In this document: positions 1 through 8,469 of the stretch, one piece after another
Layout of the letters: each line of letters begins with the position of its first letter
Position numbering within the stretch: position 1 is the first letter of the stretch
Source: an uncultured Bacteroidales bacterium
GTDB lineage: Bacteria > Bacteroidota > Bacteroidia > Bacteroidales > CAYTAU01
NCBI GenBank assembly: GCA_964442075.1
Contig: CAYTWH010000002.1
Span: 59,565-123,564 of the forward strand
Direction of reading: 5' to 3'
DNA length: 64,000 bases
Translations under genes and position numbers: made by a program
Notes under the pieces: model-generated
Told to the model about the DNA's origin: nothing
What the model saw: the letters and a program-made list of their open reading frames with translations, nothing else
The model's database searches: none

Positions 1-1249
1 TAGTATTAATGCCATAAATTTTTCTGTCATCATTTTGTTCAAGCATATCTCCATTTAGAGAATCTTCTAGAAAATAGGTGAAATTAGAGAATAGCTTAAA
101 ATTATAACTTGACATATAACCTTGAATTACAAACTCTTCATTGCTTTCTCCAATAAGTGTATATTTAATATTTGCATCTTGTCTCCCTGTTATTCCTCCC
201 TCTAAATTATCTATTCCTCCAAACCTATCAATTATATTATTTACAACAGCCCTGTCTGGTATTTGTCCTGAGGCATCCCACGCTGAACTAAAAGAACTCA
301 ATGAAATTGCTATTTTGCTATTATGGTTAAGTTGTGAGAAATATTTTCCAAAAACATTCATTCTTTGTAATTCTTGCGGACTTTTAAAAGGTCCGTCTGT
401 ATAGTAATATTGTGCTCCCACATAAGCATTTTGTTCAACTCCTCCTTCTTGCATTTGATATAACATGGTTGCTTTTTGTGTATTGAACTGTCCCCCTTCA
501 ATTTTAAACATATTATTTTCTAGTATGTCTCTAGTCTTAAAAGATACAGCTCCTGCTGTAGCAAAGTTGCCAAATTTAGCAAAATATGGCCCCTTATAAA
601 CATCAATAGCTTCAACTATTTCTGGCATTAAAAAATGAAGGTCGGCATATCCTTGTCCATGACCATGCGATACCATATTTACAGGAATACCATCAACATC
701 AATTGCAACATCTGTTCCATGATCGCAATCAAAACCACGTAAAAATATTTGTTCAGCTTTTCCTCCTCCGGCATGTTGTGCTATAACTAATCCGGGTGCT
801 AATCGTAATAAATCTTGTGATGACCTGCTAGGCCTAATATCCAAATCAATATTTCTAATATTTTTTATTGATGCAGTTGAATAAGGACGTTCTGCCTCAA
901 TGGATACCTCGTCAAAGTTTAATGTAGCAGGATTAAGCAATATTTCTATATAAAGAGAATCTTTCTCTAAGCTTACTGTTTTTACTATTATCTGATAATT
1001 AAGATGTGTGATTTTTAATGTATATTCCCCAAAGTGAATATTTCTTAATTTGAAATTTCCATTTAAATCTGTATTTGTTCCCAACACCGTCTTGTCTATT
1101 GATATGTTCGCATAGGGTATTGGTTCTTTTGTTTCAGCATCTTTTATAATTCCATAAATTGAACCAATGTTGTGTCCATATGTAATACTTGCTGATAGTA
1201 AAAATAATACTGAAATAATTTTAAGCTTTGTTAATCTGCTCGTTTTCAT
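1..1249 (-). CDS. TonB-dependent receptor, N-terminal ~416 aa (gene continues past the left edge)
   Basis: Absent from the ORF track because no stop lies in the window. My reverse-strand translation from the ATG at 1249-1247 gives MKTSRLTKLKIISVLFLLSASITYG (signal peptide). It continues with GIIKDAETKEPIPYANISI...TDLNGNFKL (CarboxypepD_reg-like) and a plug domain DLLRLAPGLVIAQHAGGGKAEQIFLRGFD...IDVDGIPVN...IDVYKGPYFAKFG, open down to base 1. Confidence 0.8.
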   Translation of the reverse strand, partial: MKTSRLTKLKIISVLFLLSASITYGHNIGSIYGIIKDAETKEPIPYANISIDKTVLGTNTDLNGNFKLRNIHFGEYTLKITHLNYQIIVKTVSLEKDSLYIEILLNPATLNFDEVSIEAERPYSTASIKNIRNIDLDIRPSRSSQDLLRLAPGLVIAQHAGGGKAEQIFLRGFDCDHGTDVAIDVDGIPVNMVSHGHGQGYADLHFLMPEIVEAIDVYKGPYFAKFGNFATAGAVSFKTRDILENNMFKIEGGQFNTQKATMLYQMQEGGVEQNAYVGAQYYYTDGPFKSPQELQRMNVFGKYFSQLNHNSKIAISLSSFSSAWDASGQIPDRAVVNNIIDRFGGIDNLEGGITGRQDANIKYTLIGESNEEFVIQGYMSSYNFKLFSNFTYFLEDSLNGDMLEQNDDRKIYGINT

Positions 1250-1320
1250 GTTGTTATTTATGCGTTTTATAATTATAATGTTATTTATTTTATAATCGTG
1301 TTACTATTTGCTTAAATTTT

Positions 1321-1719
1321 TTACATTATACTCATCACTAATTCACTATGCTTAACTCCTTTAATAGTTTTTAATTTCTTAGCTAAATCCATTAATTCAT
1401 TTGATTTTCCTTTTAGGGCAATTGTTTCTAAACAATTATCATGATCTAGATGCACGTGCTGAACTGATAAAATTAAATGATGATAATCGTGTTGTATTTT
1501 AGTAGATTTATTTTGTAATTCTCTTGTGTGGTGGTCGTATACCAATACAATTGCTCCAGCAACTTGTTGATTTCCCTTCCATTTTTCTTCCACCATATTT
1601 TTGTTAATTATAAAACGTATTGCTTGTGAGCGATTCGGGAATTGATTTGTTTCAACAAATTTATCTAATGCTGTAAGAATATTTTCTTCTAATGATACTC
1701 CAAATCGTTTTACCTGCAT
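1321..1719 (-). CDS. nikR: Nickel-responsive regulator NikR
   Basis: 132 aa. N-terminal ribbon-helix-helix (KRFGVSLEENILTALDKFV...NRSQAIRFII) plus a C-terminal His-rich metal-binding domain (VLVYDHHTRE, HDYHHLILSVQHVHLDHDNCLE). Lies downstream of hypB on the same strand. Confidence 0.85.
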   Translation of the reverse strand: MQVKRFGVSLEENILTALDKFVETNQFPNRSQAIRFIINKNMVEEKWKGNQQVAGAIVLVYDHHTRELQNKSTKIQHDYHHLILSVQHVHLDHDNCLETIALKGKSNELMDLAKKLKTIKGVKHSELVMSIM

Positions 1720-1721
1720 AA

Positions 1722-1748
1722 GTGTTATTTTTTTTAAAATGATAACAC
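1722..1748. promoter_or_regulatory. Candidate NikR-type operator (perfect 7-N13-7 inverted repeat)
   Basis: GTGTTAT (1722-1728) and ATAACAC (1742-1748) are exact reverse complements separated by 13 nt. The repeat starts 3 nt upstream of the nikR start codon. Binding is inferred only. Confidence 0.3.
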
Positions 1749-2051
1749 AAAGTTGTAGATATAGTTTTAATTTAAAAAATGAATTTTTATGTTTTTAAAC
1801 AAATTGGTGGAATTAATGTCAACAGAGTAAGGTTTGTTGTCAAATTAAATCTCACATTACTTTGAATTTTTTTGTGGCTTATATTTTCTTATCCAATAAG
1901 AATTTCCCGAGTATTCCTAGTCAAAACTATATCCATTTATAAAAACCTGACAACTGAATGTTTCAGTTCCCATTTTCAATTCTTGAAATATAACTTTTCT
2001 TAGTTCCAGATTTTATAGCAAATATTTTACAAGTATTTTTCAAATATTAAT

Positions 2052-2840
2052 CTATTTCTCGCCTTTCAACCATTCAAACCAGGCATCCATTCCCTCTCCA
2101 GTTTTAGCTGAAACTTCAAAAAATTTCAAATGATGGTTTACCTGTAATGCATATTCTTTTGCTTTTTCAATATTAAAATCAACATATGGAGCAAGGTCAA
2201 TTTTATTTATTATACAAATATCCGAACTGTTGAACATGGCAGGATATTTTAATGGTTTATCTTCTCCTTCTGTAACGCTAATAACAACAACACGTTTTGA
2301 TTCGCCCAAATCAAACATTGAAGGACAAACTAAATTTCCTACATTTTCTATTATAAGAACAGAATTATCTGCTACCTGTAATTCTTTTACTGCTTTACTT
2401 ATCATTTGAGAATCAAGATGGCACCCGTTGCCTGTATTGATCTGAATAACAGGAGCGCCCGCCGCTTTGATACGAATAGCATCATTCATGGTTTGCTGAT
2501 CGCCTTCAATAACAAATAAATTTAGCTCGTCTTTAAGAGCAGAAATAGTTTTTTCAAGCAATGTTGTTTTCCCTGAACCTGGAGAACTAACCATGTTTAA
2601 TGCTGTAATATTTTTAGCTTCGAAATATCCACGATTTCTTTCAGCAAGCAAATTATTTTGCAAAAGCACATCTTGTTCTATATCGATTTTCGTTGAATGA
2701 GAATGATCGTGATCGTGATTGTGTTCATGGTCATGGTCGTGATTATTAGAATGATTATGCAGGTGAGAATGCTTTTCTTCTCCTGGTTTTTGAAAACTTA
2801 TAGTATTTCCTGACTGTTCACATCCACAAGTAGTACACAT
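2052..2840 (-). CDS. hypB: Hydrogenase nickel incorporation GTPase HypB
   Basis: N-terminal MCTTCGC metal site, His-rich tract HSHLHNHSNNHDHDHEHNHDHDHSHS, P-loop SPGSGKTT and an NKIDL motif. Confidence 0.95.
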   Translation of the reverse strand: MCTTCGCEQSGNTISFQKPGEEKHSHLHNHSNNHDHDHEHNHDHDHSHSTKIDIEQDVLLQNNLLAERNRGYFEAKNITALNMVSSPGSGKTTLLEKTISALKDELNLFVIEGDQQTMNDAIRIKAAGAPVIQINTGNGCHLDSQMISKAVKELQVADNSVLIIENVGNLVCPSMFDLGESKRVVVISVTEGEDKPLKYPAMFNSSDICIINKIDLAPYVDFNIEKAKEYALQVNHHLKFFEVSAKTGEGMDAWFEWLKGEK

Positions 2841-2924
2841 AATTTTTTTTATTAATTAATATTTTATTTAAAAGGCATTTAATATGCTTATATTTTGACT
2901 TTGCTTAGCACAAGACTATTTATA

Positions 2925-3266
2925 TCAATCAATATTAATAGCTTTTACTTTCAGTTCTTTTCCTTGAAAAATATCATTTTTAAATATTCCGCATTTAGGA
3001 CAAGGAGTATAAAAGTCATTAATTATAAATTCGTGTGAGCAACCCTCACACTTCGCCCTAGCTTCAATTTTATTTACAACAAGCTTAGCATCTTTCAGCA
3101 ATGCACTTTTTGTGGCATGTTGCCATGCAAAATCTAAGGCATCAAAATCAATACCAGCCATTTCCCCGACATCCATCTCAACATCATGCACAATATTAGC
3201 ATTCAACTGTTTCAGCTTTTCTTCAACAATCTCAATAATATTTGTTATAATAGAAAATTCATGCAT
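2925..3266 (-). CDS. hypA: Hydrogenase nickel insertion protein HypA
   Basis: Canonical MHEFS N-terminus at the internal Met (ATG at 3266-3264), which I prefer over the track start at 3284. Zinc site CEGCSHEF...CPKCG. Confidence 0.9.
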   Translation of the reverse strand: MHEFSIITNIIEIVEEKLKQLNANIVHDVEMDVGEMAGIDFDALDFAWQHATKSALLKDAKLVVNKIEARAKCEGCSHEFIINDFYTPCPKCGIFKNDIFQGKELKVKAINID

Positions 3267-3277
3267 AGATATATATT

Positions 3278-4294
3278 TTAACAAATTCTTGGTAATTGCT
3301 CGCCAGCCAACATATCAATAATTCTTTTTCCTCCTATTTCTGTTGTTATCCATCCTTTGCCAGGGTGTTCTTCTGTAATTGTTCCAATTATTGCACTTTC
3401 CTTTCCTGCATCATCTTGTTTCATTGCTTCAAGAACTTTTTCTGCATCTTCTGCTGCAACAACAAAAATGATTTTTCCTTCATTAGCTACATAAAATGGG
3501 TCAAAACCCAATAATTCGCACATTCCTTTAACATTTTCTTTGACTGGAATACTTGCCTCATCAATATCAAGACCAAAATTCTTATCTTCAACAAGTTCGT
3601 TTAATACTGTGGAAATACCACCTCTTGTAGCATCTCTCATAAATCTAATCTTTGAAGAAACATCAATAACTTTTTCAACCAAATGATTTAAGCATGTGCA
3701 ATCGGATTTAATATCTGTTTTGAAATTTTGAAATTCTCTTTCAGCCATAATAGCCATCCCATGATCACCAATAGAACCATTTATAATTATTTTATCTCCT
3801 GCTTGAATATTATTTCCTGAACTTATATCTTTTTGCCTTTCGTGCAGAGCACCTATACCTGAGGTGTTTATAAAAACCTTGTCGCATTTGCCTCTATTAA
3901 TAACTTTTGTATCACCAGTAACAATAATAACTCCAGCTTTCTTTGCTTCATTAGCCATTGAAACAACAATTTTTTCAAGTTCCTCTATAGAAAATCCCTC
4001 TTCAATAATAAATGAAGAACTCAAATACAATGGTTTGGCTCCCGAAACAGCAATATCATTAACAGTCCCACAAACAGCTAATTTTCCAATATCTCCTCCT
4101 GGAAAAAATATTGGATCAACAACAAAAGAATCTGTTGTAAAGGCAATACTATCTGTTTTTACTTCAAGTAACGCAGCATCTGTTTGTTGTTGTAAAACTG
4201 GATTATCAAAGTGTTTTACAAAAAGTTGTTTTATCAAATCATGTGATAATTTACCTCCACTTCCGTGTCCTAATAATATGTTTTTTTTGCTCAT
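3278..4294 (-). CDS. hypE: Hydrogenase maturation protein HypE
   Basis: 338 aa with an AIR-synthase-like fold and the diagnostic C-terminal ...LPRIC. Overlaps hypD by 4 nt. Confidence 0.95.
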   Translation of the reverse strand: MSKKNILLGHGSGGKLSHDLIKQLFVKHFDNPVLQQQTDAALLEVKTDSIAFTTDSFVVDPIFFPGGDIGKLAVCGTVNDIAVSGAKPLYLSSSFIIEEGFSIEELEKIVVSMANEAKKAGVIIVTGDTKVINRGKCDKVFINTSGIGALHERQKDISSGNNIQAGDKIIINGSIGDHGMAIMAEREFQNFKTDIKSDCTCLNHLVEKVIDVSSKIRFMRDATRGGISTVLNELVEDKNFGLDIDEASIPVKENVKGMCELLGFDPFYVANEGKIIFVVAAEDAEKVLEAMKQDDAGKESAIIGTITEEHPGKGWITTEIGGKRIIDMLAGEQLPRIC

Positions 4295-5370
4295 CTACTA
4301 AATCTATAATATGCATTACAAGCTCCTTCATTAGACACCATACATGCTCCAACTGGATTTACAGGTGTACATACAGATTTAAATAATTTACAATCTTTAG
4401 GGTTTTTTAGTCCCTTTAAAATTACTCCGCAGATACAACCTTTTTCTTCTTTTGTTTCTTCTACTTCAACAGGTATCATCTTTTCTGCATCAAATCTGCT
4501 ATATTGTTCATTAAGAGCAAGTCCACTATTTGGCAATATACCCAAACCTCGCCACCAATCGTCCTTAGGTTTAAATACTTTTTTCATTATTTCTTGTGCT
4601 GTAATATTTCCTTCTGGTCTAACAACTCTTTTATATTGAATTTCAACTTTAGTATCATTTTCTTCTATTTGCTTAACCAGCATATAAATTGATTGCAATA
4701 AGTCAACAGGTTCAAATCCTGAAATAACAACACCCAAATTATATTTTAATGGAACATCTTTATATATACCAGAACCTGTAATTGTGCTTACATGACCTGG
4801 AGCTATATATCCATCAATCCTAACTCCCTCATCAATAAGAGCTACCATGGCAGGAGGCATTACTTTATGCGAACTAAATAGGAAAAAATTATCTAAATTT
4901 TCTTTTTCAGCATTTAACACACCAACAGCACTACTTGGAGCAGTTGTTTCAAAACCAATACCTAAAAAAATTATCTTTTTATCTTTATTTTCTTTTGCAA
5001 TTTTTAAGGCATCAAGAATAGAATAAACAATTCGCACATCAGCACCTACAGCTTTTTCTTCATCTAAAGAAGATGTAGAACCTGGAACTCTTATTAAATC
5101 ACCATAAGTTGTAATAATAACATCATCTAGTCTGCTGTATGCTATGGACTGATCAATAAATCTTTTATCTGTAACACAAACAGGACATCCTGGTCCGGAT
5201 AATAATTTTATTGTTGGTGGCAAAAGAGATGGAATGCCAAATTTTTGTATTGACATTGTATGTCCTCCACAAACCTCCATAAAAGAGACTTGCTTTTTTG
5301 ATATTTTCTTAATATTTTCAGCAAGTTGAAGGACTAAGTCTTTGTTTCTATATTCATTTATATATTTCAT
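4291..5370 (-). CDS. hypD: Hydrogenase maturation protein HypD
   Basis: 359 aa with the motifs MEVCGGHT, GPGCPVCV and GFETT, plus a C-terminal Cys cluster (CICG...C...C...PVGACMVSNEGAC). Confidence 0.95.
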   Translation of the reverse strand: MKYINEYRNKDLVLQLAENIKKISKKQVSFMEVCGGHTMSIQKFGIPSLLPPTIKLLSGPGCPVCVTDKRFIDQSIAYSRLDDVIITTYGDLIRVPGSTSSLDEEKAVGADVRIVYSILDALKIAKENKDKKIIFLGIGFETTAPSSAVGVLNAEKENLDNFFLFSSHKVMPPAMVALIDEGVRIDGYIAPGHVSTITGSGIYKDVPLKYNLGVVISGFEPVDLLQSIYMLVKQIEENDTKVEIQYKRVVRPEGNITAQEIMKKVFKPKDDWWRGLGILPNSGLALNEQYSRFDAEKMIPVEVEETKEEKGCICGVILKGLKNPKDCKLFKSVCTPVNPVGACMVSNEGACNAYYRFSR

Positions 5371-5630
5371 TTTTTGTCTCCTTCTTCATCTTCTTTATCA
5401 ATTTTCTTTTCAATTTCTTCCAGTTCTTCTAATATTTTAAACGTTTCTCTTGCATCTTCTTCACTAATTTTTTGAATTGCAAAGCCTGTGTGTACAAGCA
5501 CATAATCACCTACTTTTATATCCATATCTTCAATCAGTTGAAGCGATACTTCACATTCAGTACCTCCAACAGAAGCAATTGCTTTATTTCCGTTTATCGA
5601 TTCGATTTTTGATGGAATACTTAAACACAT
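5367..5630 (-). CDS. hypC: Hydrogenase assembly chaperone HypC
   Basis: 87 aa starting MCLSIPSKI (essential Cys2). Overlaps hypD by 4 nt. Has an acidic C-terminal tail. Confidence 0.9.
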   Translation of the reverse strand: MCLSIPSKIESINGNKAIASVGGTECEVSLQLIEDMDIKVGDYVLVHTGFAIQKISEEDARETFKILEELEEIEKKIDKEDEEGDKK

Positions 5631-5643
5631 ATTATATACTTTT

Positions 5644-7908
5644 TTATGTTATTTCTCTGTTTATCTTTTTTGATGCTATCACAAGTTGTCCCAATGCTAT
5701 ACCTCCGTCATTTGTAGGTATTCTCTCATTTGAAAACACTTCAAAATTAGTATTAATTAATAGATTTTCTACATTTTCTAAAACATATTTATTTTGAAAT
5801 GTTCCTCCCGATAAAACTACTTTATTAATATTGTATTTTCTGCTTATTTGTTTAACAAGCTCAAAAACTACCGAAATAACTGTATTGTGAAATTTAGTTG
5901 CAATGATAGATTGTGAAATATTATTTTTAATATCATTCACTATTTCATTAATTGTATTTTTAAAAGATACTGTTGTATTAATTTCATAAGAATATTTATC
6001 TGAAACACTATAATCAATTATAGATTCTAATCGCATGGGTGCTTCTGCATGAAATTTTGAAATAGGGCAAATATTTATGAGAGCGGCAACAGCGTCAAAA
6101 AGTCTACCAGCACTTGAGGTAAGAGGGCTATTTATATTTTTATCGACAGCTTGTAATAATAATGCAATATTATTTTGATTTATATTTTTTAAAAATGGAA
6201 GCTCCAATTTTAAAAAATCATTATTATAATATTTATGAAGATATGAAACGGCCATTCTCCAAGGTTCTTTGGTTACTTTATCGCCACCAGGCATAGGAAT
6301 ATATTCAAAATGATTAATTCTTTCATAATTCTCAAAATCACAAATCATAAATTCACCACCCCAAATATTATTATCATCACCAAGACCTGTTCCATCAAAG
6401 CTTACACCAATAACTTTCTCATTTACATTATGTTCTGCCATACAAGATGCGATGTGTGCATGATGATGTTGCACTTGAACATGCTCAACACCAGACTCTT
6501 TAGCATATTTTGTAGAAAAATAATCTGGGTGAAGATCACTAACTATTAGTTTTGGTTTAAAGCGAAATGTTTTTTCAAAATGAGCTACTGTTTCACAGAA
6601 AAAATCATACGTTTCTGCATTTTTCAAGTCTCCAATATGCTGACTTAGAATTGCTTGTTTTCCTTTTCCAATACAAAAACAATTAACAAGTTCTGCTCCT
6701 GTTGCCAATATTCCTTCTACATTAAAATTCAAATTTATAGGAGAAGGGACATAAGATCGTGAACGTCTAATTATTCTTTCTTTATTATTAGTAACTGTAA
6801 CAACAGAATCGTCGGTTCTATTATATATATCACGATTATAGCTTAATACTGCATCTGTTATTTCTGAAAGCTTTTCAATAGCTGTATTATTATCTATCAC
6901 AATTGGTTCATCAGAAACATTTCCACTGGTAAGAACAATTGGATTTTTATATTTTTCAAATATCAGGTAGTGTATGGGCATATATGGAAGCATAGATCCA
7001 ATTGTGTCAAACCCCACGCTTATACTTTCTGACAATACCTTTTTTTGTTTTAAAACCACAATTGGTCTTTTCCACGATTTTATTATTTCTTCTTCCCTTG
7101 TTTCTATTTCAGCATAATGTTTTAATATTTCAATATTGGGAAACATAACTGCAAATGGCTTCCCTTCTCTGTTTTTTAATTGCCTAAGACGTTTTACAGC
7201 CTCATCATTTAGGGCATCACATGCTATAAAATACCCGCCAAGACCTTTTATAGCAACTATTTTCCCTTTGTTTAATAATCCTATTACATTAGAAATAATT
7301 ACGTCTATTCCCTTTATTATTTTATTGTCATTTTTATATAATGAATATTCTGGTCCACAATTATCACAGGCTATAGGTTGTGCATGAAAACGGCGGTCAA
7401 GAATATTTTCATATTCTTTTTTACAATCCTCACACATTATAAAATCTCTCATGGTTGTTTTTTCACGATCATAAGGAAGGTTTTCTATAATAGTAAAGCG
7501 AGGGCCACAGTTTGTGCAGTTAATAAATGGATAATTTATACGATTTTTTTGTTCTTTCATGTCAATCAAACATTCAGAACAAACAGCAATATCAGGACTT
7601 ATATCTGTGATTTCATCAGAAACACTTTCGCTTTTTACAATTTTGAAATCTGTAAAATTTTCTGTGTTTATATTTTTTGATGTTAAGCTTGTAATGTTTG
7701 ATGCTAGAGGTCGTTTTTCCTCAATAGATTTAATAAAATTCTGCAAACTTAGCTCGTCGCCTTCAGCTTGTATTTGAACTCCTTTGTTTGTATTTTCTAC
7801 CCAACCTTTTATATTATATTTTATTGCTATTTGATATATAAATGGACGAAATCCAACACCCTGAACAAGACCTTTAACCTCTATCTTATATGCATTAATT
7901 TTTAACAC
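5644..7908 (-). CDS. hypF: Carbamoyltransferase HypF
   Basis: 754 aa. Acylphosphatase-like N-terminus (VKGLVQGVGFRPFIY) and two zinc-finger pairs (CSECLIDM...CTNCGPRF; CEDCKKEY...CDNCGPEY), followed by YrdC-like and Kae1-like regions. Confidence 0.95.
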   Translation of the reverse strand: MLKINAYKIEVKGLVQGVGFRPFIYQIAIKYNIKGWVENTNKGVQIQAEGDELSLQNFIKSIEEKRPLASNITSLTSKNINTENFTDFKIVKSESVSDEITDISPDIAVCSECLIDMKEQKNRINYPFINCTNCGPRFTIIENLPYDREKTTMRDFIMCEDCKKEYENILDRRFHAQPIACDNCGPEYSLYKNDNKIIKGIDVIISNVIGLLNKGKIVAIKGLGGYFIACDALNDEAVKRLRQLKNREGKPFAVMFPNIEILKHYAEIETREEEIIKSWKRPIVVLKQKKVLSESISVGFDTIGSMLPYMPIHYLIFEKYKNPIVLTSGNVSDEPIVIDNNTAIEKLSEITDAVLSYNRDIYNRTDDSVVTVTNNKERIIRRSRSYVPSPINLNFNVEGILATGAELVNCFCIGKGKQAILSQHIGDLKNAETYDFFCETVAHFEKTFRFKPKLIVSDLHPDYFSTKYAKESGVEHVQVQHHHAHIASCMAEHNVNEKVIGVSFDGTGLGDDNNIWGGEFMICDFENYERINHFEYIPMPGGDKVTKEPWRMAVSYLHKYYNNDFLKLELPFLKNINQNNIALLLQAVDKNINSPLTSSAGRLFDAVAALINICPISKFHAEAPMRLESIIDYSVSDKYSYEINTTVSFKNTINEIVNDIKNNISQSIIATKFHNTVISVVFELVKQISRKYNINKVVLSGGTFQNKYVLENVENLLINTNFEVFSNERIPTNDGGIALGQLVIASKKINREIT

Positions 7909-7914
7909 CGCAAC

Positions 7915-8400
7915 TTATAATGACTCGTTTAATAAGTGTTCTAATTTATCTGGGACTAATAACTTCTCTTTTAAAAAATTTAATGCTTTGTTCAGGTTGG
8001 CAGCAGCTTTTTCTGTTAATATCTCCGCAAAATCCCATTCATATCCTTTTATGTGAATTAAATAAGTTTCTGGTGATTTCTTATAGATCTTTTCACAGAG
8101 ACTTAAAATATAAGCCGTAGACACAGCGTGCATTGAAAACTCTATTTTAGCATCAGAAGGGTTTACTTTGGTAATTACAAAGTCTTCAATATTTTCTTGT
8201 GATGCATCAATAAATATGACAATATCTTGTATTGATATTGCTTCAGCATCTTCAATGTTTAATTGATAATTACTATCTACTTGTATATTTTCAATTCCTT
8301 TATCATTTATCCAAGCTGTAATTTCATTAATGAAAACATTTCCTAATCCATCATCCATTCTGCCGGGATTTCCATATCCATATAATAAAATTTTTTTCAT
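7915..8400 (-). CDS. hoxW: Hydrogenase maturation endopeptidase (HoxW/HyaD family)
   Basis: 161 aa with the N-terminal motif LLYGYGNPGRMDDGLG. Lies directly downstream of the large subunit, which carries a cleavable C-terminal extension. Confidence 0.85.
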   Translation of the reverse strand: MKKILLYGYGNPGRMDDGLGNVFINEITAWINDKGIENIQVDSNYQLNIEDAEAISIQDIVIFIDASQENIEDFVITKVNPSDAKIEFSMHAVSTAYILSLCEKIYKKSPETYLIHIKGYEWDFAEILTEKAAANLNKALNFLKEKLLVPDKLEHLLNESL

Positions 8401-8411
8401 GCTACAAATTT

Positions 8412-8447
8412 ATAAAAAAAAAGAGTTCCAAATTAGAAACTCTTTTT
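8412..8447 (-). terminator. Candidate intra-operon hairpin between hoxH and hoxW
   Basis: AAAAAGAGTT (8418-8427) pairs with AACTCTTTTT (8438-8447). On the minus strand the stem is followed by a T-run. The stem is AT-rich and therefore weak. Confidence 0.4.
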
Positions 8448-8469
8448 ATAAAATATTTAAAGGAGATTT

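Noticed and set aside
141-404. 87-aa plus-strand ORF from the track
   Set aside because: It lies antisense inside a well-supported TonB-dependent receptor reading frame (plug domain). It has low-complexity composition and no motif.
1250-1320. Possible NikR site between nikR and the TonB receptor (TTTTATAAT repeated ~25 nt apart)
   Set aside because: It is only a short AT-rich direct repeat with no dyad symmetry. It is indistinguishable from background in this composition.
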